Below are positions 60,531 through 64,000 of a DNA stretch of 64,000 nucleotides, one piece after another (position 1 is the stretch's first letter; each line of letters starts with the position of its first letter). Origin of the DNA: Camelus dromedarius (lineage: Eukaryota); contig NC_087436.1 of assembly GCF_036321535.1 (NCBI RefSeq), forward strand, positions 85,934,001 to 85,998,000. The letters are read 5' to 3'. The notes beneath the pieces were generated by a model that searched no databases, was not told the origin of the DNA, and saw only the letters and a list, made by a program, of their open reading frames with translations. The translations under genes and the position numbers were made by a program.

Positions 60531-62429
60531 AGTAAAAATATTCAAAATGACTATTTCTATTCAACTACCCTTTTTAAGATCTCCTTGGGAGATCAAAAGA
60601 GACAGATAAACGCTGTCAGAAGATCTGAATGGGATAGGCCCAGCCCAATTACAGAACTTCTGGCCATTTCTGATAATTTCTTAATCTGCCAGGAGATCTG
60701 AACAGCTTTTGTCTTTGTCATTCACAGTATTTTCGAATCCCCACTTCGGTGTCTGATTTGGTGGCTCTGTTTAATCTTTTGAAAGATTTATGGCCCCAGC
60801 ACTTCTGCATGTGATGAGCTCATCTGATGTCAGATACCATATGGGAGGCTGGTGGAGAGATAGTTGGTTACAGTTGGGGACGTGTGACATGTCTGATCAA
60901 AATGTACTGTGGGAGGGAAACATTTCTCGGGGGAAAGAACTTGGCATTTCAGCTTCATGCAAGGGCCCATTGGGGAGAATAGAGGATGAGATGCCAATTT
61001 TGCTAATGGGAATCTACAACCCCGAGCCTCCTCTCTGCAGAGAGCTCGCCGGCATGTTGGCAAGGATTGTCTGCATTTAGTTACATCTCGGAGGCTTTGG
61101 TGGAAATACAATCTCTAAATATTGAAGGCAAAGCTGGAGACACAAAAATCACTATGCTTTTATTCGCCCCAAACCACACACACTCAAACAGATGAAATAT
61201 GTATGAAGGGAGAACCATCTGTAGCATGCAGAGAATGAGCCCCACAGAAGCATCTGGGGTCTCATCCTGAGGCTCAGATACTGGGGTGACTCATGACAGA
61301 GATGGAGGGAGAGGGGCAATGGCACCTTTGATTTGGGCTTGTTCGGGTTCACATGCAACTAAGAGCAGTCTAGAAAATGCACTTTGAGAATACACCTGCC
61401 CATGTTTTATTCTTGAATCACGGAATTCCTCCAGAGTGTCTCTTTTGGACGTGTGATTTATTGCAGGGCATGGGGGGACAGGCAAAGTGGCGATAAAGGC
61501 TGTTCACAGCAGGTGGCTGTAGAGTGTCTAGAGAAGGGGGCCCTTTATCTAGTTTGCATGAGTCACCATAGAGCCTGGCAGCGGGGTGGGGCTTTTCACA
61601 CTACGGGGGACCCCTATGGTGGGAAGCTTCTTATTGCTGTTCCCACCAGTCAGGGACCCGGAGATGAAGGCAGAATCTGGCTGTGCCTGGTGCCTGTGCA
61701 TGGGGTTGGGGGTGGCACAGAGGCAGACAGGTAAGACTTTTCTACTCACCCACATCCTTGACAAATCAGTGGGGAATCACCTTCCTTCAGAACTGCCTCC
61801 CGGCACCCAGTCCTCATGGTTTCTAACACACAAAGCCCATCTTCTGTGTTGCTCCATGGAGCTCACAAAACTCTCCTGATCTCCAACGTTCCCAGCCAGC
61901 CTTCCAAGCTCTTCTCAGTATCCTCTGCTGGCTCCAGGGAGACAGGAACGCCAACCCCTCCCCTCGTCATCACTGGACACAACCACCCTATGGTCACAGA
62001 AGGTACCTCTTGGGCTCACCTCCCTATCTCAGATTGACCTCAGAGCTTCTCCAGTTTTCTACCCATCAACCCCCAAACTGCAATGTGCCACTCAGAGAGC
62101 AGCTGCACCATGTCAGGGGTGGTGAGCAGTGGGGACACCAGATGTGAAGAAGAGTGACAGAGGGAAAGAGAAAGAGGAGACAGCTTTTACAACTCTGCCT
62201 GAGGACTGAGCTTTGGAAAACCTGCCGAGATTTATGTCCCTGCCTGGCCCAGCCCTCAAACCTCTGGCACCAGACACACCCCTGCAAAGTCATAGGTAAA
62301 GATGGGTAAAGAGAAAGGTGTTGGTTAGAAATGGAGGAAATGGAGGCTAGGATCCCAAGACCTGGGTTACTACTCTGATTCTGCCACCTGCCAACAAATC
62401 TACGATGCCGTTGCCACAGAACCACTTCT

Positions 62430-62890
62430 AGACGTCCAAGTTCAGTGTAAAAGGCCCCACATGACTCAGCTCCCCAAACTCATCTCCTTTGTGCTTCACT
62501 CCCTTCTTGTCCAGCCTCCCTTCCATCCTCCACACTACCTACCCCCCCACACACACACACATACACTCTCAGCTCCAACGATATCAGACAACTTGGAATT
62601 TTTCAGACATCTCATGTTGCTTCTGGCCCCGGTGCCTTTGCACATACTGTTTCCTGTGCTCTCCATGTCCCTCTACCCATCCACTCTACAAACTGTTTTT
62701 GAGCATCAGCTACATACCAGGCACAGAAAATTAGAAGACACAGTTCCTACCCATGTGGGCTTATAAAAGAGCCCTTTCTCTTTCTCTCTCTCTCCCCTCA
62801 TCCACTTGGTGAACTCGTATCCATTCTTCAGAATTTGGTTTTAACATCACTTCCTCTGAGACACTACCTGTTTCTGCCTGGGCAAGAGCC
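62430..62890 (+). mobile_element. L2 fragments
   Basis: CCAAGTTCAGTGTAAAAGGCCCCACATGACTCAGCTCC...TGCCTTTGCACATACTGTTTCCTGTGC...GAACTCGTATCCATTCTTCAGA...CATCACTTCCTCTGAGA. Confidence 0.65.
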
Positions 62891-63310
62891 CCCTCTCACA
62901 TGTGGGCTCCCCCTGTAATGTTGCCTTCCTCGGAGAATGAAGTCCCCTAGGAGTCTGGGTGCCAAGACCCTTCAGCATAGAATGCAGTGCAAAATCCCTG
63001 TTAGTTTCAGTCTCAGAGGATAGAAAATTTGGCTCAAATCTTATTTGGGGCCAGAGTTTCTGTCCCTCCAAGCATTACGTACACATGGATGCATATTAGG
63101 ACACACTCAACACGCTTTAAGTACTTCGTACTGGGATCTATTGGCTTTATTTATTTATTTAGATAAAGGTTAGATGGTGACATGAATTTTCTTCATAAAG
63201 AAACATAGATCACTTGAAATGTAATGAAGCTGAACAGGGTGTAACTTAACATTCCTCCTTTCCTATGAAGTCTTCCTAGAAAAAGTACCACCATAGAGTT
63301 TAACCCTCTT

Positions 63311-63677
63311 TGTCGCAATCATTTTGGGCTGCCGTAACAAAGTGCCCTAGGCTGGATGGCTTAAACAACATTTACTTCTTGAAATTCTGGAGGCTGAGAA
63401 GTCCAAGGTCCGGATGTATGGAGATTCAGTTTCTAGGAAGAGCCAGCCTCCTTGTAGATGGAAGCTTTGTAGACGGCCACCATCTTTGCTGTGACTTCAC
63501 ATGGCAGAGTGACAGTAAGCTCTCTGGTGTCTGCTCCTGTAGGGACACTAATCCTGTGAGATCAGGGACCTTTGTATCTTCATTTAACCTTAATTACCTC
63601 CTTACTCCAAATACAGCCACTCTGGAGGTTAGAGCTTCAACATAGGAATTTGAGGGGACACAATTCAGTCCATAGCA
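63311..63677 (-). mobile_element. MaLR solo LTR (MLT1A/MLT1B-like)
   Basis: GGGCTGCCGTAACAAAGTGCC...GGCTTAAACAACA...TTCTGGAGGCTGAGAAGTCCAAG...TTTAACCTTAATTACCTCC...GGGGACACAATTCAGTCCATAGCA. Confidence 0.9.
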
Positions 63678-63794
63678 CCTTTCTTACTTTGTATTCCTTA
63701 TAGTAACTTGATCTCATCCTTCTCAATTCCCAAACAGAAAGGTCCTGTGTGCCTGGTGACTTGTATGTGACTCTGACACACACCTACCTTCCAT

Positions 63795-64000
63795 TGTATT
63801 TTTAATAAGCTCTTTGAAAAATAACTCTCCAAGCCTTGGAGAATATAAAATGTACTAAAAAAGAAAATTGAAAGTCACTGGCAAATCCCATAACCCAAAA
63901 ATAACATTTTGATGTGCATCTTTGCAGATGAGCTATATGATTATCTACTCGTCTGTATTTTAATAAAAACAGTATCATCCGGTAGAGGCAAGCTTATAGC
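63795..64000 (-). mobile_element. Old L1 (L1ME-like) 3' UTR fragment
   Basis: AAAATTGAAAGTCACTGGCAAATCCCATAACCCAAAAATAACATTTTGATGTGCATCTTT. Confidence 0.5.

Noticed and set aside
1..64000. A novel multi-gene system, processed pseudogene, ERV internal region or CpG island
   Set aside because: None visible. There is no long ORF, no gag/pol/env similarity, no poly(A)-tailed mRNA-like insert and only very short CpG patches.

Overview
This is mammalian nuclear genomic DNA, not prokaryotic. It is AT-rich and CpG-depleted, and a large share is decayed interspersed repeat. Six copies of a tRNA-derived SINE (head GGGGAGGGTATAGCTCAGTGGTAGAG...GGTCCTGGGTTCAATCCCCAG) look like the camelid Vic-1 family. 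Together with artiodactyl-type L1 3' ends and no Alu, B1, BovB, Bov-tA or PRE-1 that I could see, this points to a camelid (inference). I recognise no protein-coding gene, RNA gene, CRISPR array or CpG island. The ORF track is made up of chance ORFs and L1/SINE-derived fragments, so the window is most likely intergenic or deep intronic. It contains ancient MIR, L2, old L1, MaLR/ERVL LTRs and hAT/Tigger MITEs, plus lineage-specific L1 and SINE insertions, many with readable target-site duplications (TSDs). I see no evidence of a novel multi-gene system. The most notable items are a probable L1 3' transduction nested with a SINE inside an LTR33-like element (10.4-11.1 kb), a tail-less SINE insertion (18.2 kb), a near-perfect RFX X-box (49.5 kb), several candidate enhancers and some exon-like segments. 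Repeat families were named by eye from remembered consensus sequences. Boundaries are approximate unless a TSD is quoted.
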